DNA of 64,000 bases from Eledone cirrhosa (GCA_964016885.1 OZ024746.1:89652001-89716000), one strand, 5' to 3'. Positions 41,773-56,300 are shown, counted from the stretch's first letter. Program-made: numbers and translations. Notes: a model not told the origin generated them from the letters alone.

Positions 41773-41878
41773 TACGAAAGTGAGGTTTTTTTTACAAAAT
41801 GAAAGAAAAACGAAGTGTCCTACACGAGTGAAATTATAAGGGAAAAAGATCAAATCGAAAATGCAACTGGAGTCCTAT
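41773..41878 (-). mobile_element. Short (TA)n-embedded terminal fragment (family D), probably a PLE tail
   Basis: Reverse complement of 53498-53572. It also shares CGAAAATGCAACTGGAGT with 53475-53492. Confidence 0.55.
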
Positions 41879-41898
41879 ATATATATATATATACATAA

Positions 41899-41945
<47 letters not shown>

Positions 41946-41953
41946 TGTATATG

Positions 41954-42379
<426 letters not shown>

Positions 42380-42542
42380 CGTGTGCATAGTTACATATAT
42401 ATATATATATACATGTGTGGTTGTACCTGCGTGTATATTTAGGTATGCATTTGACTAAGGCTAAATAGACAGACTTATTACACTGGAATTTCGCTTTATA
42501 ATCATAAGGCTACTTTATCGTATTGACAAGACATTTTGTGAA

Positions 42543-42609
<67 letters not shown>

Positions 42610-42779
42610 CGTGTGTGTGTGTGTGTGTGAATCAGACCATTCACCGACAAGCGAAAATAGAATCCATTCAGTTGACTCTACTTCCTCACACATCTTGAGA
42701 TTACGGATGATTTCTGAAGAGGTTACAGAATCTCATGAAAGGAGCAAACATTTCATTCATAGGCGTCATGAAGCTTTGT

Positions 42780-43650
42780 CGAATTTATTGTTTAAAAACT
42801 TGAATGCCCCCTAGTCATATATGTGAATATTGCATAAGGAGCCTTATATTATACTCCATTGATATTGGATTTCTCCATTGAATTTCAGTGACGCCATGCC
42901 TGTTCGAATATGGTTGGATTATATGTTGCTTAATGTCATTACTCTCTCAGAAAGTGATACTGTGATCCATCGGCAAAGTACCAGACATCAATCTGGTTTA
43001 TATAGATGGCATAGCAATCTTGGATAACATCATCTTAGAAGATGATGATTACACAGAGATGAGGCTCCATCGTAGTCCATTGAAGTCACCTTGAATACTG
43101 AGAAACTAAATTCTGTGCATCTCAATGCAAAATCAATAAACCATATGCATGCGTTAGATGTGTCATTGATTGAAGAAATAAATGACCCACTATACTTTGG
43201 CAATTTCATGGAAACAAAACAGAATATGACGTGGACACCATATTCGACAAGGTATGGAAACTCTCAACTCTGTATCGATGAAATGGGTGACTCGAACTAA
43301 GAAAACTTAGAAAATAAGCTATTTAAAGGAATGGCCCTTTCTCCTTTACGGAGATATGGCTGTTAAAGAAAATCCTCACAAAGTAGAACAGTGGCACATA
43401 TATACTTATGCAAAGAAGGATCGAGGGTATCACTAGGAAATCACACAGCAAATAAATCACATTATGTTTCCCATCTCGCTTCACTGATATCACAAAGGAA
43501 TGGAGATTACATTACCTGGAAGCAAGATGTATGCAGAACACTATTATTTAAGCAATATCTGACCCTATGTTTTAGCATCTTCATTGTGAATGTTATTTTT
43601 AACAATCAAAAGCCCAACAACGGCCTTCAGTTTAAGTTTCTCAATGGGAA
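42780..43650 (+). mobile_element. Highly degenerate RTE-like RT remnant
   Basis: NLVYIDGIAIL (YADD-like), NTEKL and LYFGNFM (YLGS-like) occur in the expected order, with many stops. Confidence 0.45.
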
Positions 43651-44136
43651 CGTGTCGCTCAACCATTCTTTATTCATTGCTGATAGTCATCAAATGCTCT
43701 CGAATATTATGTCCTCTGGGATTCGAGCAATGGTGTAGCAGTCGAATAGGTGTATTTGGGGAACAATAATTTAGTTGTTTTATTTCTTGTCTTTTTATCT
43801 TTGTAATGAGGCGTTTCTGTTAAAAGTGGATCTGCACTAGCTTTTGTCAGGAGATCTCGATGGGTTGTGTTTTGTGCACATATACAGTCGCTATAAATAT
43901 GTCTCAAGAAGGTTTAGTGTTGTAGGAGATGAGTAATCACATCTTTGACTGTATTGTCATTGTCCATGTCATGAAATGAATAGGCTGATGAGAGGTAGTT
44001 GTTTGTCTCATCTTGTTGGTGTAACGTTTCCTAAAGGTTGCAGAGAACCATGTGATGATCTGAAGGGTATGTATGACATGCATATCGAAACACATATCCA
44101 TCTCTCAGCGGATGTACATATGTATGTACATATGTA

Positions 44137-44244
<108 letters not shown>

Positions 44245-44310
44245 TATGTACAGATATATGTACATATGGATATACATATGTATGTATGTATGTATGTTTG
44301 TATGCTTGCA

Positions 44311-44357
<47 letters not shown>

Positions 44358-44362
<5 letters not shown>

Positions 44363-44465
44363 AACGAGTAGGACCCTACTCGTTTCTATTACCCACTCTA
44401 CTACCCTAAGTATTGAGTACTTTGGCGCGTTATGGTCCATCTGGTTCCTTACCACATTTCCTTCG

Positions 44466-44470
<5 letters not shown>
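44358..44470 (+). mobile_element. Solo PLE family A tail with short 5' fold-back, in (TA)n
   Basis: ATAGGAACGAGTAGG / CCTACTCGTTTCTAT hairpin, followed by the family A tail ending TTCGTTAT. Confidence 0.75.
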
Positions 44471-44550
<80 letters not shown>

Positions 44551-44575
44551 TATATACATCTATATATATATATGT

Positions 44576-44632
<57 letters not shown>

Positions 44633-44838
44633 TATATTCGTATGTATATATATATATATACGTACGTATACGTATATATACATATATATGCCGGCTTCCC
44701 GCTTGTTATCGAGTATGGCCATTGCACGATATGATATTATTAATAATTATCAATTAATGGTATCGTTCAATGCCTGTGCATGAAGATTCAACACACACAC
44801 ACGTACACACACACACACGTACACACACACACACACGT

Positions 44839-44906
<68 letters not shown>

Positions 44907-44935
44907 TCACATGCACTTATATACGCCTCATATAC

Positions 44936-44988
<53 letters not shown>

Positions 44989-45517
44989 TACATACTCTAT
45001 ATTTATATGGGCGGGTGTATTTTAATGCACATGTACATACACACACCATATATATTAATCCCATTATCCATCAATTTCTTTACATCTTTCATAATATTAG
45101 CTTTGTCCACGTTGTTACAACATCATGGCTATAGTTTAGTACTTAATTTATCGATCTGCATTTGACAAACATCAAATGTACTGTTTACAATGAAACAATT
45201 GTCATGATCAAAGATCGACACACGTGTATTAACGACCGCCATAATTAATATACCATTCTGAGGGCATCTAATAGGCCCATTTTGTAAATGTTCACTACAT
45301 ACATATCCGCTCAACGTTTCTAAACATCGATCATTGTTTACATTCTGTAACGGAGCTTCATCAGCCTCGCTTCGTAGCGAAGGTAACTCGTCCGTGCAGC
45401 ATACAACAAATGTGAATGCAGATTCCATGAACGACGATATCGTACTTCATCCGTCCTGGAGCTTTCATGCCCATTATGTTAAACTATTATTCATTATAAA
45501 AGACACGTGCGTTGAAG

Positions 45518-45618
<101 letters not shown>

Positions 45619-46952
45619 GGGGGGCATGTCTGCGTGCGTGTGGGTTTTGCGCGTTTCACTGGATGAATTACATACTGTCGGTTTTGCTGATCTAAAAACA
45701 AAATATAACTTCCCATGCGGATATATACATACATAATACATACATACACACTCACATGCATATACACATATATAAGTATATACGTTGCAAACGAAAATGC
45801 CTTCTCAGGTATAAATAGAGGGGCCACCACTTCATCTAACCTTTAACTGTAGAATTCCGGCTTTATATCCGCCAGGAGATTCTGCCACTGTAAATAGGAA
45901 AATTCACTATATAATGGAAGCACAAAACACCCGGAAGGTAATGAAAGGAATTATACCTGTCTAAGTTAAACATGTATAAGGTAGGTTTCATACAAAATCT
46001 CCATTCGTCCATGACAATAAACAACAATCTGTTTATTTCTCTATCGTTCTTCAGTGATAATACGTTGAAGAAAATTCTGACATTGACATGACCTCCAACA
46101 ACATGGAACATTTATAGATTTTCATTTACAATGTATGAATTGCTGTGTCCATGACTTATCTACAGACAAAATATATTTGAATTTTATTGTTCTATACTGA
46201 AACTTTAGCTATATTATGAAATATATCTTCGTAAATGTACAGAATTTTCTGCACAACGTGATGTGAACATTTTCGCCCCTGAAAATAGTAAACCATATGA
46301 CGTCTACATTACATTTAAAAAAACAAAGAATCAATAAATCAACCAATAATAAATAAACGTGTCTTTACATAAATAACAAATTACCATGGATGAATTTCAC
46401 TTGCTACATTTTATGAAGAAGAATTACTATTAGTTTAGAGACAAAAACCTTGTTTGCTTTTGCATTCATAAACATATAGAGTCATGACAGGATTCGAATG
46501 CAGAACTGTATTGGAGGAAATATATACACTCATAGATTGCCTACTCACATGCATCGATCTATATTATCGGAACAATAAAGTATAGAAATATTGCTTGGAA
46601 TCAAATACACACACACACACACATACACATATGAAACCAAGTCACAATCTTATATTGATTATTTAATATGCCAGATCGATTTATTTCCAAAGCAATGTGA
46701 GCAATAAACGTAATATAGCACAATAAAGAAGACATACAAATAGAGATAACATATCACTTAAGGATCGCTTAAGAAATTCTACCGCAAAAATGGTGACCAT
46801 AAACGAGTCAAAATATACATATATATTAATATATAAGCAATTGTACATAGATGAATAAATAAATATATATATAGGTATATAAATATATATAAAGATATAT
46901 ATGTGTGTATGTGCGTATGCACATAAACCCATATATATATATATATATATAA

Positions 46953-47074
<122 letters not shown>

Positions 47075-47252
47075 GTGTGTGTATGTGTATGTATATATAT
47101 ATATATGCATGTATATGTATATATTTATATACATGTATATATATATATATATACATGCATATATATATACGTGGGTGCGTGCGAGTGTGTCTGAATGTGT
47201 ACATACATATATTTGTACATTGGCTGAATATTATTATTATTATTATTATTAT

Positions 47253-47287
<35 letters not shown>

Positions 47288-47887
47288 TATCAATTATTCT
47301 TATAGCTATTCTGGTTGTTATTGTTGGAGTTGGCGTTGTTCAGAATGCTAAATATTAGCTCAGAAATATTTGCTGAATAAAACATTTTACCAAATGAAAG
47401 CGTTCCGGTATTTTTCAAACACCCTAGGTAGATCGATTCTAAGAAATGTTTTCATTTATCGGATCGGTGAAGTGTTTTATATAACTGGCACATAATAGAT
47501 TCCACCCTTACCTCACACACACTCACTATTGAATATGTTTCCGGTCTTTCACGCTATTTTATGATTCATGTTAGATAACTGTAGAGCAATACCTTTTGAA
47601 GTCTTCCCCTGTTCTCAACTGTATTTCATCAGTAGATCTGATGTGCTGCGTTAGAAAAGACATTTGGAATATATTCAATATTATCTCTAGGATCATAAAT
47701 ACATCACCACCATTGCTCAATCTTTCTTCCTCTCGTACTTTCTGTCTCAATGTCTTTCAAACACGAAGCGCCCGGCATATGGGCATACTAGCACACAAAT
47801 ACACATACATACACACATAGACACACACACATGTACACAATATGTGTCACATATACAGATATTCATATATATTGTATATTGTTTCAA

Positions 47888-47945
<58 letters not shown>

Positions 47946-47982
47946 CATAAGTACAACATTATAAATTCCATACATATATATA

Positions 47983-48045
<63 letters not shown>

Positions 48046-49031
48046 ACGTGTTCATTAATGTGCGTGTGAGTATGTGTATGTGTATACGCCTGTACATAAA
48101 GGAGATAGAGATTGATTCCATAAGAAACAAAATAAATGCGTATATCACTGTAGTTAATGGAACGAACCATTTTAAGTACATATATTCGCTAAACATCATT
48201 TGTTCTAAAGCCAGAAGCCTAAACTCATGTACCAGCAAATGCTATACTTAACACGGTAATGTTGATAAATATACCAGAATACACAATCACTATGAGTCGT
48301 TTTTGATTTACATTTCTCAACGTAGATTATATCACTTCATGTAAATATATTTACCACAAGAAATTACATATCTCCCTGTATTTTAGTTACCAATTTAGTT
48401 GTATTAACTAAACAGAATTACGACTCGTTTTTAGTTAAGGCATCCTCCAAATAGATGTAAAAAAACTATCTAATCATATTTGTTATGTCATTCTCTTATC
48501 AGCAAATGTGACAGTGGTAACAAACAGAAAGAACAATTTAAGAAAGTGATGGGAAAGTTATTTTTTTCTTTTAATATTGCGTTCCATATATGCAACACAA
48601 TTATGAAAAAAGAGTGCGTTTCTGATATTTCCCCATTTAAAGAAGACAGCACGTTTTCTGTGTTAATATCATGTGTATAATCGTGCGAATAGAGGTGTAT
48701 ACTGGATAAAATTTGTTAGCCTTTGTATATACGTATGTCACACAGATAGACACACACACACACACACATATATATATACATTAATAAAGTATGATTGCCA
48801 GGACTGAGAAAACATTGTTTATCACTTGGATAAAAGCATATACTAGTAAAATATTTTTTATAATTTGAATATAGTGCTTTCATTATTCACGAGATATATC
48901 AAATTCCTATGATTTTTCACAATTGCTAGTTATTCATTTGTTCGTTGTAAGTTACATGTCCTTCTAAATGACTATCTGTTCTCTTATGTCGCTCGTCTTC
49001 GTTCTGGTTTTAATTGCCAATATCTTGGAGG

Positions 49032-50010
49032 TCAGATTATATGATAGCTCATGAGAATATTGAGGAAATTGAAGGGGTGTTTTTCTATAATAATATTCTG
49101 AATGGAACTCGTAGGGATTGCACACGTTTTCGCCGCCCCTGTCAGGCTCTGGACAAGCGCCAACCTCTTTGCTAGCACCTTAGCCAAAATCATAACCTCT
49201 GTATAAAGCAGAGTTATGGACCTGAAGATATCTGAAACGTCATACTTTTTCGAAACTTTCCTCATCAGCGTTACTAATACTAGACTTACAGAACTGGGGA
49301 TTCTCTGGCAATACACAGCTGTGAGGTGGATGGAATACAGGCCTGGCATGACTACATAAGCTTCAGAGAGCAGACGATGTAAACCGGGCGGTATACGCCT
49401 CATACAGCTAGCCTGGGCTTCCCAATTCTCGGCTGCAGTTATCGCCTTTTCTCAGATCCCTAAGCCAGTCACCGAGAATGGCGGTTGGCCTTCGAGGTGA
49501 GAATTGAAGTCCGCCGCCTACTTCAACACCCCGCTCGCGCTGAACACTTGTGCAAAGCGCCTGGGAAAAGCTCCCCAGACCTCATTAGCATGGATTAGCA
49601 CGCGTCAATCTCGGTGTGTCAAAACACTGAATCATGGTTTGTTACCACGCTACTCCTGTGCCATTCGTACCCATCGAACAGTTTTCGTTCTCTCGTTTAT
49701 TAGAGAACGTGTTTTAGCTCTGACAATGCAGTCTTGGTGTTATACATTGAAAAATGGTCTAGTGTCATTCTCACTAAAACCTTGGTTGCAATGCCACTCC
49801 AAATGGCAACAACTTCACTAAATGCTATTGATTCTATTCCATTTTCTCACTGTTTTTGACGAGTGCTTCTGTCAGATTTCTCTGGTCTGAAGTCCTAATC
49901 TGTTTGCTGTGATCTTTGAGTGCCGGGAAGAAATGTTTGTAGCTTCCAGTACAGGGTCCCTGTCAGGGAGTTCTATCGAGTTCGACCATGCAGATCACGA
50001 ATTCGTGGTT
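49032..50010 (-). mobile_element. Degenerate L1/Tx1-clade LINE RT fragment
   Basis: FRSITLLYTEVMILAKVLAKRL...TCAIP..SIQN in ORF 49032-49403 resembles the RPITLLN-KILAK-LA-RL block of L1/Tx1 RTs. Confidence 0.7.
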
Positions 50011-50766
50011 TAAAATATCGATGATTTGGAATTGTACACATATTATTCTATCCCTATCAATTAATATAATGAGAAACCAAATCTGCAATATCGGTGACCC
50101 TGTATGATTGGGCCAGTTCCAGATTGGTGGGCATGTTAATGTTTGCGCTAGTATTATTGGCGGTTATGTTTTTGTTCATTTTATTCATAGTTTGTGTAGG
50201 TGGAGATGTTGTTAAGTTTCGAAATTCAGAATAACAATTATCTAGTATTAAGTTGATGTTGTTCCCGCTGCTGCTGTTGTTATTGTTGATGCTGCTGAGT
50301 TGCAGCAGTCACCGTAGTTGTTGTCATTGCTGTTATTTTTGCAGTTGTTATTGTATTGCTGCTATTCATAATAGTGTGTTCCTTCTCGTTTTTTCTGCTT
50401 TTTCTCTTGTTGTTGCCACTTTGATAGTTGTGATACTGTAGTTAATATTGTTGTTGATGTTACTGCTGCTGCTGTTTTTGATTTTGAATTTGACTATTCC
50501 ATTATGCGGAAAGTCCGCTATTCATTTCAACGGGGGAATTTTTTCTAATCCACCATTTCTATTTTATTAAAATGAGGGGCGTGTATGTGATAATAAACTC
50601 AAAAATTTAGCCAATAAATGTCTACAGATATAAACAAAAACAACCACCGCCTAAGATGATGGTTTGTTTAGATATAAAATTGTATATAATGTTTACATTA
50701 ATAACAAATGTTTTAGAGGAAGGGGAGCGAACAGAGAACAATAAGGACTTAATAACAACAACGATA

Positions 50767-50925
50767 ATAATTGTTTGTAATTTAGGCAGAAGGCCAGCAA
50801 TTTAAAGGAGAGAGAAATGTCGATTACATTGCCCCCAGAGCATTGGTGGTGCTTTATTTTATCACCCCGTAAGGATGAAGGGCAAAGCTAACCTCGGCGG
50901 GATTTGAACTCAGAATGTAAAGGAG
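50767..50925 (-). mobile_element. tRNA-derived SINE (longer variant)
   Basis: GGCGGGATTTGAACTCAG and CCCCGTAAGGATGAAGGGCAAAG blocks. It retains the central GTCGATTACATTG segment. Confidence 0.8.
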
Positions 50926-51418
50926 TGTGACTTTATACCACAAAGGAGGCTGTACGTCGCTCTTCCGATTTTTTCATTCCATAATAATAGTGTATATCTG
51001 CAGCTTTGTAAGGCATAACATGATGGGCATTTCTCCTAGTGATCTAACACTTACACACGCCACACATGCACGCACACAGACACACACACGTTTATATATA
51101 TGTATATACATGTATACACACACGCATACATACATATATATACATATTTATATATATATATATATATATAATATATATTTATATATATATATATATATTT
51201 CGTTTCTGAATTTGTTTAGCAAGATTCTTTATCTGAAATCGTGTGTTGAAACCGATATTGTTATACTTTGGGAGGGTCATGTTGCTAAACACAAACACAA
51301 ACACACACAGACGCCCGGATGTGGCGCATGCGCAAACTGAGCACACAACACACACACAGAAACAAAATGGCGTAGGATAGAATAAAGGAAAGGCACAGAA
51401 ACAAAGAAAGGAATCCCC

Positions 51419-51463
51419 AGTCACTGAAGAGGTTACATAGTGTGTGACGAAAGGACTATGACT
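51419..51463 (+). ncRNA. Compact type I hammerhead ribozyme with intact core
   Basis: Stem I AGTCA/TGACT, CTGAAGA 51424-51430, stem II GTTACAT/GTGTGAC, GAAA 51449-51452, minimal stem III AGGACT, CTA triplet at 51456-51458. It lies inside a ~33-bp inverted repeat (51255-51288 / 51596-51630). Confidence 0.75.
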
Positions 51464-51621
51464 ATATATAAACAACTATCTGGTTGTGGAACCAACCAAA
51501 CAACCAGAAATTTATAAGTTTGTAAATTTGTAAATTTATAAATTTATAAATATATAATAAATTGAAGTGAAAGTAACTGGTGCGTGTGTTTCTTATTGGC
51601 AACATGACCCTCCCAAAGTAT

Positions 51622-51692
<71 letters not shown>

Positions 51693-52319
51693 TATGCACG
51701 TGCATATATATAAATTCACAGAAACAATGGATTTAAAGGGAGCCTGAAGAGCTTTTGAAGCGATTCACATAAAATGACCGTTTAATCTAATCATTAGTTT
51801 AAGTACATGAAGGTACCTCACGGTATATTATGTATTCATAACTGTTGCTCTATTGTCGCTATATTAAGTATTCATAACAATATTCTATGTTTATATAAAC
51901 GAATTACATCATTCAAGCTTTTTGTTTGTATTTTACAACACAATGTTCTGCTACAGGCAATCAATGGCTTCGTGTGGCAATAAACGAAATATGATTTGTT
52001 AAGAAACATTGAAATTCTCAACATTCCCCCACCAGATATAACGTACATGTGTAACAATTTTCGAAAAAACAAACTATCCATTCTACAAACTATATTGAAT
52101 AGTCTTTCGATCAGTAAGTCACTACATTATTTACAAAATGTATCCCAAAGATATAAGAAAGTGTCATACATCCGATGTTTATCTTGCATATTTTATTTCA
52201 TATCAGTATGTGTCCTGGAGTCTAATAATATTATGCGTCATGCGTTTGGATATGATGTGTTTTTGCGAATTTGAAACTCCTATAATATTGAAAGTGCGTG
52301 TAATATGTATATATATATA

Positions 52320-53368
52320 TTCTCTCTCTCGTCTACGATTTCACAGAACTTACGTTCACCAAATTCACAGACTAGATCCCTTCTTCCTCCCGTTAGACCT
52401 GTACGGAATTCCTTCCTTGCTCATATTCCAACCAGGTTTGATGGTCTTTATTCTCTCTCGTTCACGTTTTCACCGAATTTAAATTCATAGAAATTTGGTA
52501 CTTGACTCCTTCTTCCTCACTTTTCGTTGCTTCACCATCTTTGTTTATTTACACTCGTGTCCCCTTTATTTACGTGTCCCAACGGCTTTTTTTAGCCGTT
52601 ACTCGCACCAACCGGAGGTATATGGTCTTTAAAGCGATGAAATACCAATGATAGTTGGAAGATCACTGATGAAGGACTAACCTTATTCATATGTAACCCA
52701 TTAGCAACCACGCAGCACGTTTATTCTCATATTTACACATATTTTTTTCCCCGCTATGACCCGTCTATTTCGTTCTTACTGCTACCTCTTTCTCTGTATC
52801 TTTATCCTCTCTAGCAGTCACTCTCTCTGTTAGCCTCTTCCTCACCCTTCACTCACTCCTTCTCTGTTACTACCTCTCCTCCTCCTTCTTCTTCCCGTTT
52901 GACCAGTGCGTAATTCTTTTCTTTCGCCCCCTTGGTCTGGCAGGTCGCTTTTTTTCTCTCTCTCGTCTACGATTTCACAGAACTTACGTTCACCGAATTC
53001 ACAGACTAGATCCCTTCTTCCTCCCGTTAGACCTGTACGAAATTCCTTCCTTGCTCACATTCCAACCAAGTTTGATGGTCTTTATTCTCTCTCGTTCACG
53101 ATTTCACCGAATTTAAATTCATAGAAATTTGGAACTTGACTCCTTCTTCCTCACTTCTCGTTGCTTCACCATCTTTGTTTGTTTACACTCGTGTCCCCTT
53201 TTATTTACGTGTCCCAACAACTTTTTTTAGCCGTTGCTCGCACCAACCGGAGATATATGGTCTTTAAAGCGATGAAATACCAATGACGGTTGGAAGATCA
53301 CTGATGAAGGACTAACTTTATTCATATGTAACCCATTAGCAACCACTCAGCACGTTTATTCTCATTTT

Positions 53369-53372
<4 letters not shown>
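52320..53372 (+). mobile_element. Partial tandem repeat (period ~634 bp, ~1.65 units), pseudo-LTR-like, between (TA)n tracts
   Basis: 52320-52737 is repeated at 52954-53372 with few differences. Each copy has CTGATGAAGGACTA (52666 and 53301). Confidence 0.65.
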
Positions 53373-53454
<82 letters not shown>

Positions 53455-53458
<4 letters not shown>

Positions 53459-53572
53459 GAAAAATGATGAAATCGAAAATGCAACTGGAGTGATTTCATC
53501 TTTTTCCTTATAATTTCACTCGTTTAGGACATCTCGTTTTTTTTCATTTTTAAAAAAAAACCTCATATTCTA
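53455..53572. mobile_element. Family D terminal fragment with 5' fold-back, in (TA)n
   Basis: AAGGAAAAATGATGAAATC...GATTTCATCTTTTTCCTT inverted pair. Homolog of 41773-41878. Confidence 0.55.
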
Positions 53573-53587
53573 ATATATATATATATA

Positions 53588-56027
53588 TTTCATAAGCTTG
53601 TAAGATCTTCATCAGGCAGTGATGGTCCACAGATTCAAAAGCCTTCATAAAGTCAATGAAAACCATGACCGCAGGAAGGCACTTTGCTCTGGCTCCCTCT
53701 AATATACTCCTCAACTTCCGAATGGGACTGGTGGCTGATCTTCCCTATCTGAAGCCATTCTGGTTGTCCCTGAGCTTATTCGCCATCTCGGTTGGATCTT
53801 GTTAAGAATCATCCAATTGAGGGTCTTTGCCAGAAGTGACGTCGGTGAGATCCCCCTGTGTTAGAGATATCTCCTTTCTTTGGCACTGGGACGAGGGTAC
53901 TGATCCTCCACTGCTTCGGGGCAACTCCTTTCTCCAGTGCCATTAACAAAATCACAACTCTTCAAAACCACTCCATCTTCTCCATGAGCCTTGCCCTCCT
54001 TGATTTTCTTCTTGGCTCTCTGAAGCTCTCCTCTGATGAAAGGTGATGTTGCAATATCCAGTTCCTCAAACAGCCGCCTGATCTCCCCAGTGTTCTGGGA
54101 TGTGGAGGGCGGCTCTCCTAGTAGGGTCCTAAAATAGTCCAGCCATTTCCTTTTCCTATCTCGGACCCTGTTCCCTGGATCTGCCTCGAATACCTTCTCT
54201 TCTTCCCTGTGATCTTGTTGATGTCATCCAGCTCTCCTTACATCTAGACCTGCCACCAGCTCTCTCCACACTTCTGATCTTGCCTATCAGTGCCTCCTCT
54301 CTGGCCTCAGTGTAAGCGGTACATAGTTCTTCCCTCATCTCCTCCATATTTTCCTTCCTCTCCTCCGTAGTATCAGCATAGAATTGGTCCTTGGCAGCTT
54401 TCAGGTGTTTTCTGGCTGCACACACTTTTGAGTCTGCACAGCTGACATGCTTCTCTTGTTCGGCACCAGGATCTCACTTCCTTCCGCCACTGCATTGGTG
54501 AAGTACCCGTAGCTCCTCGTCACACTCTCCCCAGTCCCTACAATCTCACCCTTCTTGCCTCTTCACACAGAGCTCTGAACCTGATCCACACTTCTACTGT
54601 GAACCTCTCCTGAAGCTTATCATCGTCCTTGAAATTTCACTAATCATAGCTTGCTCTCCGACTCTGAGCCTTGCTCTCTCTTTCTTAAGCTCACCGGGCC
54701 TCTCTCATAACAAGCCGGTGGTTAATGCCGAGTGTACTGAAATAGGTGTATAGTTCTGTGTTCAGAACGCTATTCCACCACTTTTTCCTCACCAGAATGA
54801 AATCAATATGGGACTTGGTCAGGTGCATGTCTGAGATGTAGGTCCAGATTTTCCCCGGATTCTTCCTAAACCTTAGGATAGTTGCATCACGTTCGCCTCC
54901 AACAGGGTGTCTCTCACTAGTCTTCCATTTCGGTTGGTGTTATTATGTATGTACCAACAGGGATCTTCACTGCTCTCCTTATTCAGATGTGATTGAAGTC
55001 CCCAAAACAAGCAGGATGTTTGGACCTAACATCACTGCTCTACACCAACACCAAAGCCCAAGTCAAGTCATTGCACCTGGTGGGATGACAGAGTTCTTTG
55101 AGATACTGGCTGGAGTGCTCCAGGGTGATGATTTGGCTCCCTACCTTTTTATTATCGCAGTGGACTATTGTATGTGGCTTGCGCTGGAGAAACACCAGTG
55201 CTTTGGATTTACTGTAATAGCGGCTCAGAGCAGGAGAGTTAAGGCTAAAATGATATCGGATGCTTAATTTACCGACGACATAGTTCGGGTGACAAACACA
55301 GTGAAGGAGGCCGAGGAGTTGATGCAGGAGGGGGAGATTGTGTCGATGATTGTGGGGCTGAGAATGAATGAGATTAAGACGAAATATCTGGTAGAGAATA
55401 TTAAGAAGCAAGAGAATATTACTAATGTAGGCGGGAAGCCGCTAGAATTGGTTGAGGACTTCCTGTATTTGGGAGCAAAGATTGGGAACACGGAAGTTGA
55501 TGTGGTCGAGAGGAAGTGCAAAGACTGGGCGGCGTGCCACAGCTTGATATGGGTGTGGGAGTCGGACCTTCGTATTGACCCGAATATCCGTTTCTTCGTG
55601 GATGTAGTGCAGTTTGTGCTGCTGTACAGGGTCTGAGACTAGGACACTGACCAATAACTCACTCAGATGGTGGATGGCTGCTACACGAAAATGCCTGGAT
55701 GGTTCTGAACATTAATCAGTATATACTGAGGATGAAGAACTCAGAGGTGTACCGGAGCCTCCCAAAAGTCAGCTCGAAAGTAGCATGGAGGAGATTGAGA
55801 TTAGCGTGACATGCCACCCACATCCAGAGTTGACACTGCACTCAGTGCTCCTCTGGGAGGCCCTGCATGTACACACGTACACAATGAAAGTGGAAGACCG
55901 AGGTTAACATATTTTGATGTCCTAAAGACAGACACTGGTCTCTTGGAGACGCAGGATATGGCAGTGATAACGGAGAGATAACAGCTGGAGAGAACTCGTC
56001 CATGGATCTCGGGAATTTGACCCGCCC
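53588..56027. mobile_element. RTE-clade LINE with 5' inversion: minus 53588-54988 (APE end to early RT), plus 54989-56027 (RT to 3' end)
   Basis: Minus strand: HIDFILVRKKW and AVMVFIDFMKAFESVD. Plus strand: GVLQGDDLAPYLFII, FTDDIV, DFLYLGA, SGRPRLTY. (TA)n on both sides. Confidence 0.85.
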
Positions 56028-56028
56028 T

Positions 56029-56063
<35 letters not shown>

Positions 56064-56300
56064 TTTTCACTAACTTATTTATTTGTTCTTGAGATATGTT
56101 TGCTGAGAGCTTATGACGGGAGCAGAACTAATTGAATTCTAGTCTCCTGGCATCACGTAAGTTTATAAATCGGTAGCCAATCGGCTATTGTGATGGGATC
56201 CCAGTTGCTATTCGCTTTACTAGGTTAGCCGTCAAAAGCATACATAGCCGGCACGGACTGGAGTCGAATTATTTCGATCGATTGGTTATTGATTAAATAA

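Noticed and set aside
45841-45887. Possible 47-nt minus-strand exon (AESPGGYKAGILQLK) with good acceptor and GT donor
   Set aside because: No recognisable protein, and the neighbouring candidate exon at ~45957-46159 has stops in all frames. RNA-seq would be needed.
47593-47753. Possible 161-nt minus-strand exon with one open frame
   Set aside because: Weak acceptor, no recognisable domain, and phase not compatible with the next candidate.
51741-51770. CTGAAGA-GCTT/AAGC hairpin resembling an HHR 5' half
   Set aside because: GAAA, stem III and stem I' are missing.
53606-54045. CTGATGA matches at 53609(-) and 54034(+)
   Set aside because: They lie within RTE coding sequence and lack hammerhead stems.
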